Virus record (IMG/VR): IMGVR_UViG_3300032268_000658
DNA length: 30,004 nt
From: a virus
Taxonomy: Duplodnaviria; Heunggongvirae; Uroviricota; Caudoviricetes
Direction: 5' to 3' (one strand)
Shown here piece after piece: positions 16,509 to 26,590 of this stretch. How positions within the stretch are numbered: the first letter of the stretch is position 1; every line of letters begins with the position of its first letter. The position numbers were made by a program, and so were the translations under genes. The notes under the pieces were generated by a model, which had not been told where the DNA came from, searched no databases, and saw only the letters and a program-made list of their open reading frames with translations.

Positions 16509-16691
16509 ATGAAACTTCTCAAAACGATAGAGAAAATTATTAAAGAAGCTGAAGAGCAATACAACAATGCCTGTGAGAGTTGTGTACCTGTAGAAGAGCT
16601 TGATAGGTTAGAAAAACATTACAACGATTCTTTAAAACTTTTAAAAATGTATAAAAGTAACGAGGATAAAAAAATCACCATTCGCAAATAA
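16509..16691 (+). CDS. Small helical hypothetical protein (60 aa)
   Basis: Preceded by the TATTTAT motif; helical composition with CESC. Confidence 0.65.
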   Translation: MKLLKTIEKIIKEAEEQYNNACESCVPVEELDRLEKHYNDSLKLLKMYKSNEDKKITIRK

Positions 16692-16784
16692 TATAGATTT
16701 TATCGAATAAATCACTTATGTTTTTTAACAAAGTATGAGTTATGCCCAAAAACCAAATAAATCATGATTTTATTAAAAAAAAAT

Positions 16785-17540
16785 ATGTCTGTTAAAATTT
16801 CAGTACTCGTAGTTAACCTTAATAATCTATTATACACAAAACAGTGTATTGAAGATTTATTAAATCAAGATGTAGAATTTAATTTAAGGTTAGTTGACCA
16901 AAATAGTTTGGAAGAAGGTACTAATGACTTTTTCAATAATTTTTTTTTACAATACAATAATGGTGAATTTAATGGTAAAATAAATTTTTTGGAAATAATA
17001 CACACAGGGTATAATCGTCCTCTAAATCACCTATGGAATGAATTTGTTAATACCTCATCAACAGATTTTTTATGTTTATTAAATAATGATGTTAGGTTAC
17101 CTCCTAATTTTCTATCAACATCAATTTCAGTATTAGAAAAAGAGCCTTTAGTTGGTTTTGTAAATCATGTAACCAATAATTTAAATTATTCATGTTGGTC
17201 TGATTTATTGGAATATCAAATTATGGAACAACCTTATAGACAAGGATGGGATATAACCTTTAGGAAATCTTTTTATAGTCAAATCCCAAAAGATTTAACT
17301 TTTTTCTATGGTGATGATTATATTTATTCAAAATTATATAGTTCAAATTATAAAGGAGCATATATTTTTAACTCACCAATAATCCATTTTGAACGTAGTA
17401 CTACAGTTGAAAAAGGTGGTTCACGAGATTGTACTCCTGATGGAAAGGTATTTCATTTATTAGAATTAGAACATAAAAATCTAACATTTAATCAAGAATT
17501 AAGTAAGTGGAAACCTCAATTTACAAAAATAAATAAATAA
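16785..17540 (+). CDS. Family 2 glycosyltransferase (GT-A fold)
   Basis: ISVLVVNLN...CIEDLL, LVDQNS, CLLNNDV and FFYGDDY motifs. Start placed at MSVKI (16785), after an A-rich leader. Confidence 0.85.
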   Translation: MSVKISVLVVNLNNLLYTKQCIEDLLNQDVEFNLRLVDQNSLEEGTNDFFNNFFLQYNNGEFNGKINFLEIIHTGYNRPLNHLWNEFVNTSSTDFLCLLNNDVRLPPNFLSTSISVLEKEPLVGFVNHVTNNLNYSCWSDLLEYQIMEQPYRQGWDITFRKSFYSQIPKDLTFFYGDDYIYSKLYSSNYKGAYIFNSPIIHFERSTTVEKGGSRDCTPDGKVFHLLELEHKNLTFNQELSKWKPQFTKINK

Positions 17541-17547
17541 TTACATA

Positions 17548-20289
17548 ATGAGAGAAATTAACTCTTTTGATATTTTCGATACTTTACTAACAAGAACTGT
17601 TGAAAATCCGATTGATATTTTTGAAATTGTTGAAAAACAATATCCATATAAAAATTTTAAAAATTTACGACTTCAATCTCAGAATCAGTCAAGTCAGACA
17701 ATGGACGCAATTTATAATGAATTTAAAATGCTCACAAATGAATCTGATGAAACCATAAATAAGTTAAGAGAATTTGAATTAATTACAGAAATGGAAAATA
17801 CTATTCCAATTTTTAGTAATATTTCAAAAATAAAAGACGGTGATATATTTGTTTCTGATATGTATCTGTCTTCAAATGAAATACGTAAATTACTTGATTA
17901 TCACAATATAAACAAAAATACGGAATTATTTGTTTCATCTGGAGGTAAAGCAGATGGTACAATGTGGGAGACTCTTACACAAACATATAAAATTAATTCT
18001 CATTATGGGGACAATCATCATTCTGATATTATGATGGCTTCAAGATATGGAATAAAAGGGGTTTACACAGAATCCTATAAATTCACAGTTTTAGAATCAC
18101 ATCTTATTCAAAACAATGAATTTGAGTTATGTCAACAAATAAGGAAATTTAGGCTTGCAAACCCATATGATGAAAATACTATAGAATACAAAATCTACGA
18201 ACAACAAATTTCTTACAATATACCAATACTATTATTCATTTGTAATAAACTAAATGAAATATTAATAAACGAAAATCTTGATACGGTATTATTTCTTTCA
18301 AGAGATGGGTGTTTATTATTAAAATTGTTTTCTCACTTATACCCACAATATAAATCAATATATTTACATTCTAGCAGAATAATTAATAATGATTATACTG
18401 ATGACTATATTTCATATTTGAAAAAAAATTATGATAAAGATAGTTGTATTTTATTTGATTTACATGGTTCATTAAACAGCGGGAGAAAACTATTTACCTC
18501 ATTTTTTGAACACTTACCTAGAATATTCATTTTTGACCTTTCTTATATTGAAAATTATATTAGTGAAATAACATATATTACCAATTACTCAAATAAAATA
18601 GAGGAGTTTAATCCAGATTATAAAGGTACATTAATTCAATTTATAAATAATGAAGATGTACGCGCTCCGAGTGAATATCCTCTAAAATATGTTGATATAA
18701 TCCATAGTGTTTTTGATTATTTTATAAAATATTTTGATGTAAATTTTAAAAACAGTACAATATTAAATAATACGGATTTCTTTAGAAATTATTATATAGA
18801 AACCGTATGTACCTCTAAATCTATTTTAAAAAATCAATTTGAATTTATGAATCTTACTGAATTAGCAAATAAGTACAACTCAGACAAAGGAAACGAATTC
18901 CTATGTGCTCACCACTACACACCAATGTACGAACAGATATTCAACAATATATTGAATACTAAGTTAGAGAAAAAAGATTTTTCTACATTTGAACTGTTAG
19001 AAATTGGATTAATGATACCAAGTAATCAAGCGGCGATTCCATCATTGATGATGTGGAACGATTTCTTTAACAAGAACATCAATATTACAGGATTCGATAT
19101 CGATACATGTTTCTTAAAGTTTAACGAGGACCAAAATATAGATATTAAAATTGGCGACCAATCAAATGAAAATGATTTATTACAATTAAAAAATAAAAAT
19201 TATGACACAATTATTGATGATGGTTACCATGCATCAAAACATCAACAAATTACATTCAAAACATTGTGGGAAAATGTAAAACCAGGTGGATATTTTATTA
19301 TTGAGGATTTACATTATCAACCAACGGAAGAATCGTGTGTAAAAACAAAAGAATTATTTGAAAATTGGGGTAACAATAATTGGATAGAAACTGAATATAT
19401 TAACTCAGACGAAATACAAATTATCAAAAAGGATATAGAGTCAATTGAGTTCTATGATTCAAAATCAACCAGGTGGGGAGATTCTGTAAAAAACGCGTTT
19501 GTGTATGTTAAAAAGAAAGATATAATAAGTATTATGAATAAAAATAGTATGAATCAAATTATACGATATGAATTCCCAGTAAAATCACAGTCAGAAGAAA
19601 AATATGATTACACAGATAAATCCTCAATTTTAAATATCAGAAATATTTTAAGTAAAAATGGTAAGTATAATTATTGTGAAATTGGTTCTTATTTAGGAGG
19701 TTCATTAGTTCCATTTTTAAGAGACCCTCAATGTGAATATATACTATCAGTTGATGATAGAGGTAATATACAACCAGATGAAAGGGGTATTAGTTATGAT
19801 TACAGACACATTTCAACTCAAACTATGTTAGATACATTATCGAAACATAGTTTAGACTTAACAAAATTAGAAACATTTGATGGTTCTATCCATGAATTAA
19901 ATAAAAACATCAATAAATTTGATTTAGTTTTTATAGATGGTGAACATACCGATTATGCATGTTTTAGAGACTTTATATATTCTCAAAAATACCTAAAAGA
20001 AAATTCAGTTGTTATGTTTCATGATAGTACTTTAGTATATAAATCATTAAAAATGATACAAGAGTATCTGAAATGTAGTAATGTAGTTCATAAATTTATT
20101 AAAATCCCAAATTCATCAGTAACGTTTATTTTTTTTGGTGATTATATTTCTTTTTGTACTGAATTTGAATCACAAGATGTTGAAGATTTTTATAATAAGT
20201 CAGAAGAAGAAGTTCTTTACCATATTATACAAAATAGAGTAGAAGGAAATTTTAGAATTAAAAATAAAACATACACTATAGGTGGTTAA
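17548..20289 (+). CDS. Fusion: polysaccharide-locus HAD-like hydrolase plus two class I SAM-dependent methyltransferase domains
   Basis: SFDIFDTLL, FVSDMYL, HYGDNHHSD and FLSRDG (HAD, COG5610-like). SDKG...HHYT, LLEIG, IIDDGYH and IIEDL (MTase 1). CEIGSYLGGS, FIDGEHT and MFHDS (MTase 2, Methyltransf_24-like). Confidence 0.8.
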   Translation: MREINSFDIFDTLLTRTVENPIDIFEIVEKQYPYKNFKNLRLQSQNQSSQTMDAIYNEFKMLTNESDETINKLREFELITEMENTIPIFSNISKIKDGDIFVSDMYLSSNEIRKLLDYHNINKNTELFVSSGGKADGTMWETLTQTYKINSHYGDNHHSDIMMASRYGIKGVYTESYKFTVLESHLIQNNEFELCQQIRKFRLANPYDENTIEYKIYEQQISYNIPILLFICNKLNEILINENLDTVLFLSRDGCLLLKLFSHLYPQYKSIYLHSSRIINNDYTDDYISYLKKNYDKDSCILFDLHGSLNSGRKLFTSFFEHLPRIFIFDLSYIENYISEITYITNYSNKIEEFNPDYKGTLIQFINNEDVRAPSEYPLKYVDIIHSVFDYFIKYFDVNFKNSTILNNTDFFRNYYIETVCTSKSILKNQFEFMNLTELANKYNSDKGNEFLCAHHYTPMYEQIFNNILNTKLEKKDFSTFELLEIGLMIPSNQAAIPSLMMWNDFFNKNINITGFDIDTCFLKFNEDQNIDIKIGDQSNENDLLQLKNKNYDTIIDDGYHASKHQQITFKTLWENVKPGGYFIIEDLHYQPTEESCVKTKELFENWGNNNWIETEYINSDEIQIIKKDIESIEFYDSKSTRWGDSVKNAFVYVKKKDIISIMNKNSMNQIIRYEFPVKSQSEEKYDYTDKSSILNIRNILSKNGKYNYCEIGSYLGGSLVPFLRDPQCEYILSVDDRGNIQPDERGISYDYRHISTQTMLDTLSKHSLDLTKLETFDGSIHELNKNINKFDLVFIDGEHTDYACFRDFIYSQKYLKENSVVMFHDSTLVYKSLKMIQEYLKCSNVVHKFIKIPNSSVTFIFFGDYISFCTEFESQDVEDFYNKSEEEVLYHIIQNRVEGNFRIKNKTYTIGG

Positions 20290-20313
20290 CCTATAACAAA
20301 TTTTAAGAATTAT

Positions 20314-23300
20314 ATGAAGAATAAAAAATCCTATGTTTTGTATTCAACTGAAAACTATTTTGATATTGTACAAATGGCTTGCAAATCAATCAGAACGTTT
20401 AGTAATTTACCAATATTTGTTTATTTACTTAACTCAGATTTAAAAGTTGATATTGAAAATACAACAACAATAAATTGGAAATTTAATTTTTCAGGTATTG
20501 ATGATTATAAAAAATCTTCTGTAACAAATTACTACATTGATAGAAGTAGTCAAAAAATATATGAACTATTAATTCAAAGACCTTTAATAGTTAAGGATGC
20601 CTTAGAGAAATATTCTGATGTGGTAGCATATGTTGATAGTGATTCAATCGCAACACAATATTGTGACAGAATATTTGAAATGTATAATTCAAAACTTGAT
20701 TACCCTTATTTTGCAGAAGGTATATATGAATACCTACATATTAATGGTCGTGGTGGAGCTGAGACACGAGAGGATATGAGTACAACCTTAGAACATCCAG
20801 CTTGTGAACTATTCGGAGCAAACCAATACATCAGACAGAAATATAGACAAACAGGTTACTTCGTGGCTGGTCCTAACACCATAGATTTCTTAGAAGAATG
20901 GTCTTGGATGTGTAACCATCCTAAAGTACTAAAAGACTTTAAACATTACGCAGCATACCATGAAGAAACAATTGCCAACGTATTATTATGGAAATATGGT
21001 CATCTTGATGGATTACCTTTAATCTACACCAATGGTGATAACCAAACCATAGATAAAATATTCAAAGAAGAGTTATTCACAGGAAAACCAAGAAACATAG
21101 GTCCTTGGTTCAAAATTCCTGGTAAGGAAGAAGACTTATTATTTGTTCACGGTGAGAAGAGAGGATTTATTCAAGAAGAAATGATTGAAAGACTTAAGAT
21201 TAGAGCGGCAGGATTAAAATTCAACTACGATATTAACCCAAAAAATAATTGGGGTGATGTCTTGTCTCAGTTTTTATTAGAACATTATTCAGGTAAAAAA
21301 TTAAACAAAGATGATGTATTCTACTTTGATGATGCCGCACATATGTTGGATAAAAACGGAAAGATTGTTGGAATTGGTAGTTCAATGAAATACGTTAGAA
21401 AAGACGATTATGTTTGGGGCACTGGTTGTATTGATGAGCATCACGTTGGTAACAAACCAAGAAAGGTTTATTCTGTACGTGGTCCGTTGACAAGAGACGT
21501 GTTATTAAAAAGAGGTTGGGATGTTCCTGAAGTTTATGGTGACCCCGCTCTTCTATTCCCTCAGATTTATAATCCAACAATAGAAAAAAAATATAAGATT
21601 GGTTTAATTCCTCATTGTGTAGATTTTTACTCTCTTGATGGATTAAAATCAATTAACCATATGGAAGATATGGGTATTAAAATTATTAATGTAACTGCAG
21701 GTATTAATGAATTCATAGACCAACTTAAAGAGTGTGAAACAATTATATCATCAAGTCTTCATGGATTGATTGCTGCAGACGCTTATGGTATTCCAAACTA
21801 TAGAGTTAAAATTTCTAAGTTAGTTCATGGTGGTGACTTTAAATATAAAGACCATTATGCATCAGTTAAAAGAGAACACTATGAACCATTACAACTTACA
21901 GAATTAACAAACTTAGATGAAGTTAACTCATTAAAGTTTGAGACTGGTGATATTAGTTTAGTAGATAAGTTATTGGAGAACACTCCATGGAATGACCCTG
22001 ATTGTACATACATTCAGAACGCTCCAACTAAGAAGATTAAGTTATTGTTCTTAGCTCCGCATCTATCAACTGGTGGAATGCCAGGGTTTTTATTAAGAAG
22101 AATTGAACTACTTCAAGCTCATTGTCCTGAATTGGAAATCTTTGTTGTAGAACACGGATTCTATGGAGATGCATATGTTGTTCAAAGAAATAAGATTAAA
22201 GAAATATTACCTGAAAACCATTTTTGGAGTTTAGGTGATGATAAGATGAAATTAATTCAAATATTAAAGGACAATGAAATTGATATCGTTCACGTAGATG
22301 AAATGATTGAAGGTTTTGATAGTTTCAATAAGGTATCCAACGAATTAATGAAAGAACTATACTCCAACGAAAGAACTTGGAGAATGGTGGAAACTTGTCA
22401 TAACGTTTGGTTTGACCCAGGTGCTCACAAAATATATCATCCTGACGCTTACGCATTCTGTACCCCATACCATAAGGAAAAAACATTCGCAGATGTTCCT
22501 TCTTATAGTGAGGTATTAGAGTTCCCTATTGAAAGAATGTTTAGAACCAATGAAGAACAATTAATATCACAAAAGAAATTAGAATTAGATATCAATAAGA
22601 TTCACGTTATTAATGTTGGTCTTTGGACTTCAGGTAAGAACCAAGTTGAAGGTGTTGAGATTGCAAGATTACTTGAAAAGTCTAATCCAGAAATTCAGTT
22701 TCATTTTATTGGTAATCAAGCTCCAAACTTCAAGTCATATTGGGAACCTGTAATGAATAACTTGCCATCAAACGTTAAGATTTGGGGTGAGAGAAGTGAT
22801 GTATCGACATTCATGAAAGCTGCAGATGTATTCATGTTCAATTCAACTTGGGAATGTAATCCATTAGTATTGAGAGAAGCTGCTTCATATGGTCTTAAGA
22901 TTTTATCAAGAAATCTACCTCAATATATGGATATGTTTACACCATATATTACACCAATCGATGAAGATATTAACCAAACAAAAGATAGTCTATTGTCTTT
23001 AATTAATAACGAAAGAAGTTATGATTTAGAAATAGGTCAAGGTAAGAAATTTGCTTTGGACCACTTTAATTTTTATGAACTTATGAATAGTAAAGAACCT
23101 AAAAAACTAACAAAAATAAATTCAAACATTAAGATTACACAATACTTTGTTAATCAACCATTCTTGGAAATTACAGGTAATAGTGATGCAACGTTTGAAA
23201 TTAAATTCTTTGATGAATATGGAGTTTGTCATTACCACAATAAAACTGAATCAAATAGATGGTTTAAACTTAATAGAGAATACTTTACTAAGTGGCAAAC

Positions 23301-24189
23301 TAAAGTTTGGGAAGATGGAACATTAATCTATGATGATACTTTAGATTATAAAGGTAAGAAAGTCTTTATCTCATTCGATAGTGCGTCATTAGGTGATACA
23401 ATCGCTTGGATACCATACGTATTAGAATTTAAAAAGAAACATGAATGTGATGTTGTTGTTTCAACACACAAAAACTTCTTATTTGAAAATGTTTATCCTG
23501 AACTTGAATTTGTTAATCCAGGTTCTACGGTTAACGGTATTCACGGTATGTATACCCTTGGTTGGTTCTACAATGTTAATAAAGAACCTGAAATGCCAAA
23601 CACAATACCTTTACAACAAACAGCAACAAACATCTTAGGATTAAAATATGAGGAGATTCAACCAAGAATTGATTATAAAATTAATGACCGACCTTATGAA
23701 GGTAAGTACGTTACAATCGCAACCAACTCAACTTCAGGATGTAAGTTTTGGACTAAAGAAGGATGGCAAGAATTAATTAATCATTTACATTCATTAGGTT
23801 ATAAAGTAATTAATGTATCCAAAGAAAAAAACCCATTCAAAAACGCAGAACAGATTAAAGATACCTCAATGGAAAACACAATGAACGTAATTCATCATAG
23901 TGAGTTCTTTATTGGTTTATCGAGTGGTTTATCTTGGTTAGCTTGGGGTATGGGTAAAAATATTGTTATGATTAGTAACTTTACTGAACCTGACCATGAG
24001 TTCACCACAAACTGTACAAGAATTGTTAAACTTGATGTTTGTAACGGATGTTGGAATAGTCCGATTTACAAATTTGATAAAGGTGATTGGGATTGGTGTC
24101 CTGTTCATAAAGGAACCAAAAGACAATTTGAATGTCATAAAACAATTACATCAAAAATGGTGATTGACCAAATACAACACTTATTATAA
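20314..24189 (+). CDS. Four-domain glycan enzyme: GT-A-like domain, polysaccharide pyruvyltransferase, GT4, and Aah/TibC-type strand-loop-strand O-heptosyltransferase domain
   Basis: VAYVDSD and HEETIANVLLW (GT-A-like). NNWGD, VGIGS, SVRGPLTR, GDPALL, IGLIPH and SSSLHGLIAADAYGIP (pyruvyltransferase). APHLSTGGMP and NSTWECNPLVLREA (GT4). SLGDTIAWIPY...F, FIGLSSGLSWLAW and CNGCWN...WCP...QFEC (Aah/TibC, with the metal-binding Cys cluster). Confidence 0.88.
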   Translation: MKNKKSYVLYSTENYFDIVQMACKSIRTFSNLPIFVYLLNSDLKVDIENTTTINWKFNFSGIDDYKKSSVTNYYIDRSSQKIYELLIQRPLIVKDALEKYSDVVAYVDSDSIATQYCDRIFEMYNSKLDYPYFAEGIYEYLHINGRGGAETREDMSTTLEHPACELFGANQYIRQKYRQTGYFVAGPNTIDFLEEWSWMCNHPKVLKDFKHYAAYHEETIANVLLWKYGHLDGLPLIYTNGDNQTIDKIFKEELFTGKPRNIGPWFKIPGKEEDLLFVHGEKRGFIQEEMIERLKIRAAGLKFNYDINPKNNWGDVLSQFLLEHYSGKKLNKDDVFYFDDAAHMLDKNGKIVGIGSSMKYVRKDDYVWGTGCIDEHHVGNKPRKVYSVRGPLTRDVLLKRGWDVPEVYGDPALLFPQIYNPTIEKKYKIGLIPHCVDFYSLDGLKSINHMEDMGIKIINVTAGINEFIDQLKECETIISSSLHGLIAADAYGIPNYRVKISKLVHGGDFKYKDHYASVKREHYEPLQLTELTNLDEVNSLKFETGDISLVDKLLENTPWNDPDCTYIQNAPTKKIKLLFLAPHLSTGGMPGFLLRRIELLQAHCPELEIFVVEHGFYGDAYVVQRNKIKEILPENHFWSLGDDKMKLIQILKDNEIDIVHVDEMIEGFDSFNKVSNELMKELYSNERTWRMVETCHNVWFDPGAHKIYHPDAYAFCTPYHKEKTFADVPSYSEVLEFPIERMFRTNEEQLISQKKLELDINKIHVINVGLWTSGKNQVEGVEIARLLEKSNPEIQFHFIGNQAPNFKSYWEPVMNNLPSNVKIWGERSDVSTFMKAADVFMFNSTWECNPLVLREAASYGLKILSRNLPQYMDMFTPYITPIDEDINQTKDSLLSLINNERSYDLEIGQGKKFALDHFNFYELMNSKEPKKLTKINSNIKITQYFVNQPFLEITGNSDATFEIKFFDEYGVCHYHNKTESNRWFKLNREYFTKWQTKVWEDGTLIYDDTLDYKGKKVFISFDSASLGDTIAWIPYVLEFKKKHECDVVVSTHKNFLFENVYPELEFVNPGSTVNGIHGMYTLGWFYNVNKEPEMPNTIPLQQTATNILGLKYEEIQPRIDYKINDRPYEGKYVTIATNSTSGCKFWTKEGWQELINHLHSLGYKVINVSKEKNPFKNAEQIKDTSMENTMNVIHHSEFFIGLSSGLSWLAWGMGKNIVMISNFTEPDHEFTTNCTRIVKLDVCNGCWNSPIYKFDKGDWDWCPVHKGTKRQFECHKTITSKMVIDQIQHLL

Positions 24190-24860
24190 TGGATACAAAT
24201 AAATTTATATGGGAGCCTGAATGTCACGAAGGTTTTAAAGAAATTGTAGAACAAGAAATATTTGTAGAACGAATTTATGAAAAATTTTTTGAGGTTGAGG
24301 AGGGTGATGTGGTATTTGATGTTGGAGCTAGTTTAGGCCCGTTCACTTATTCAATATTAGAAAAAAATCCTTCTCATGTGTTTACGTTTGAACCAAGTTT
24401 TGAAGAGTTTAAAACTTTAGTATTAAACACCCGTCAAGGACCTGTAACACATATCAATAAAGGTATTTCAAATCATGTTGGAGAATTCCCATTTGAACAT
24501 GTATTTGACGTTGGTGATAGTGGAAAATATTATTCAACAACATTTAAGAAAGTAATTGAAGATTATAATATTCAAAAGATAGATTTTTTAAAATCCGATT
24601 GTGAAGGTGGTGAATACGATATCTTTAATGCCGAAAATCTATTATGGATTAAACAAAATGTTAGTAAGATTGCGGGTGAGTGGCACTTAGGAAATCCTGA
24701 ATTTAAACAAAAATTTAGAATTTTTAGAGATACTTACTTAAGACTTTTTCCTAATTTTAAAGTTAGGTCTTACAAAGGTTACAATATTGAAGAAAGACTT
24801 TGGACGGATGAGTTCATTGAATCTTTTAGTGAAATAATGATTTATATTGACAATAGATAG
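24189..24860 (+). CDS. FkbM-family methyltransferase
   Basis: VFDVGASLG, FTFEP, IDFLKSDCEGGE and IAGEWH. TAATG coupling with the upstream gene. Confidence 0.88.
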   Translation: MDTNKFIWEPECHEGFKEIVEQEIFVERIYEKFFEVEEGDVVFDVGASLGPFTYSILEKNPSHVFTFEPSFEEFKTLVLNTRQGPVTHINKGISNHVGEFPFEHVFDVGDSGKYYSTTFKKVIEDYNIQKIDFLKSDCEGGEYDIFNAENLLWIKQNVSKIAGEWHLGNPEFKQKFRIFRDTYLRLFPNFKVRSYKGYNIEERLWTDEFIESFSEIMIYIDNR

Positions 24861-24876
24861 TAAATTGATATTTTTT
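24847..24876 (+). promoter_or_regulatory. Candidate internal Flavobacterium-type promoter TTG-N19-TATTTTTT
   Basis: TTG at 24847-24849, 19-nt spacer, TATTTTTT at 24869-24876 (one mismatch to TAnnTTTG). Confidence 0.35.
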
Positions 24877-24893
24877 TAAAAACAAGATAAATT

Positions 24894-25766
24894 ATGAATA
24901 TAATATTTCAAATTAATGGTGGTATAGGCAAAGTAGTTGCCGCCACAGCAGTCTGTAAATCAATCAAGGTTAAGTATCCTGACAGTAAACTTATTGTAGT
25001 GAGTGGATACCCTGATGTATTTTTAAACAATCCAAATGTAGATAGGTCATTTGCTTTTGGTCAACAACAATATTTCTATCAAGAGTATATTGAAAATCAA
25101 GAGTTTATAGTCTTTGGTCATGACCCTTATTTAGATACCACACATTTAAAGTTTGAGGAACATTTAATAGAAACTTGGTGTAGAATATATGACTTACCTT
25201 TTATTCAAAAACAAGGAGAAATATTCTTAACACAAAGAGAAATTGATTTTTATTCTCAAAAATACATATCTGACAAACCTATATTTTTGTTACAAACTAA
25301 TGGAGGAGGAGATAGTAATGTAAAGTATTCTTGGGCTAGAGATATTCCACATAATATAGTGAGAGATGTCATAGAACAATTTAGAGCAGATTATAATATG
25401 GTTCATATTAGAAGAGATGACCAAATGAGTTATGAACATGCTATTGGTGTTAGTGATAACTTTAGAAGCTTAGTGGTACTTATTAACCTAAGTAGTAAAA
25501 GATTATTAATGGATAGCTTTGCACAACATGTTGCCGCAGCATTAAATTTATCATCAGTTGTATTATGGGTAGTTAATAGTCCTAAGGTGTTTGGGTATGA
25601 TATTCATACCAATATAATTGCCAATCCTGAAACTAAAAAGTCAGATATAAGAGCTGCTTATTTAAGTAAATATAATATTGGAGGAGAACTAGTTGAGTTT
25701 CCTTACGATAATGAAACTGAGATTTTTAATATTGGAAATATCTTTAAAGAATTTGAAAACAAATAA
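24894..25766 (+). CDS. GT9-like (ADP-heptose transferase family, GT-B fold) glycosyltransferase
   Basis: INGGIGKVVAATAVCKSIKVKYPDSKLIV, FLNNPNVD and LLMDSFAQHVAAALNLSSVVLW parallel the GT9 G.GD...P.A.I and DSG.MH.AAA motifs, but K replaces the usual D after GIG. Confidence 0.72.
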   Translation: MNIIFQINGGIGKVVAATAVCKSIKVKYPDSKLIVVSGYPDVFLNNPNVDRSFAFGQQQYFYQEYIENQEFIVFGHDPYLDTTHLKFEEHLIETWCRIYDLPFIQKQGEIFLTQREIDFYSQKYISDKPIFLLQTNGGGDSNVKYSWARDIPHNIVRDVIEQFRADYNMVHIRRDDQMSYEHAIGVSDNFRSLVVLINLSSKRLLMDSFAQHVAAALNLSSVVLWVVNSPKVFGYDIHTNIIANPETKKSDIRAAYLSKYNIGGELVEFPYDNETEIFNIGNIFKEFENK

Positions 25767-25768
25767 AT

Positions 25769-26590
25769 ATGGAAAAAATATTCTATCAAAGTTCTCTACC
25801 TAGAAGCGGTAGTACACTTTTACAAAACATACTAGCTCAGAATCCTGATATATATGCTACACCCACAAGTGGTGTACTTGAATTAATATTTGGAGCACGT
25901 GCTAATTATACTAACTCGCCCGAATTTAAAGCTCAAGATGTTGAACTTATGAAGAAAGGATGGCAGGCATTTGCTAAGAATGGTATGGATGCATTCTACA
26001 ACGCTATTACAGATAAGAAATATGTAATAGATAAAAGCAGAGGTTGGGGTGTACACTATGACTTTTTACAGTTTGTACAAGGAGGTGAACCTAAGATTAT
26101 TTGCATGGTAAGAGACCTTAGAGATATATTTGCTTCTATGGAGAATAACTTTAGAAAGTTTCCTGAAAAGCAATCAGACATTTTAGATTGGTCTAAAGGT
26201 CAAGGAACTACAGTACCTAAGCGTGTTGATATTTGGGCACAGTCTCCACCAGTTGGTATAGCTATTGAAAGACTTAGTGAGATATTTAGAACAGGTATAA
26301 ATGCTAAAATGCATTTTGTAAAGTTTGAGGACTTATGTTTATACCCAGATAATACAATGATACAACTATATCAATACTTAGAGATTCCTTACTACAAGCA
26401 TGACTTTGATAATATAGAACAAGTAACAAAAGAAGATGATGAAGTGTATGGTTCTTTTGGAGACCATACTATTCGTAAAAAATTAGAACCTGTAAGAAGT
26501 AAAGCTAAGGAGTTATTAGGTAAAGATGTCACTGATTGGATTTATACAAACTATGAATGGTTTTTTAAACAATTTAGATATACTAAGTAA
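25769..26590 (+). CDS. PAPS-dependent sulfotransferase
   Basis: 5'-phosphosulfate loop SLPRSGSTLL, IDKSR, 3'-phosphate motif VRDLRDIFAS, and VKFEDL. Confidence 0.88.
   Translation: MEKIFYQSSLPRSGSTLLQNILAQNPDIYATPTSGVLELIFGARANYTNSPEFKAQDVELMKKGWQAFAKNGMDAFYNAITDKKYVIDKSRGWGVHYDFLQFVQGGEPKIICMVRDLRDIFASMENNFRKFPEKQSDILDWSKGQGTTVPKRVDIWAQSPPVGIAIERLSEIFRTGINAKMHFVKFEDLCLYPDNTMIQLYQYLEIPYYKHDFDNIEQVTKEDDEVYGSFGDHTIRKKLEPVRSKAKELLGKDVTDWIYTNYEWFFKQFRYTK

Noticed and set aside
24847-24874. E. coli-type sigma70 promoter (TTGACA at 24847)
   Set aside because: The matching -10 box would be TATTTT at 16-nt spacing, which is poor; a Flavobacterium-type reading fits better and is listed at low confidence.
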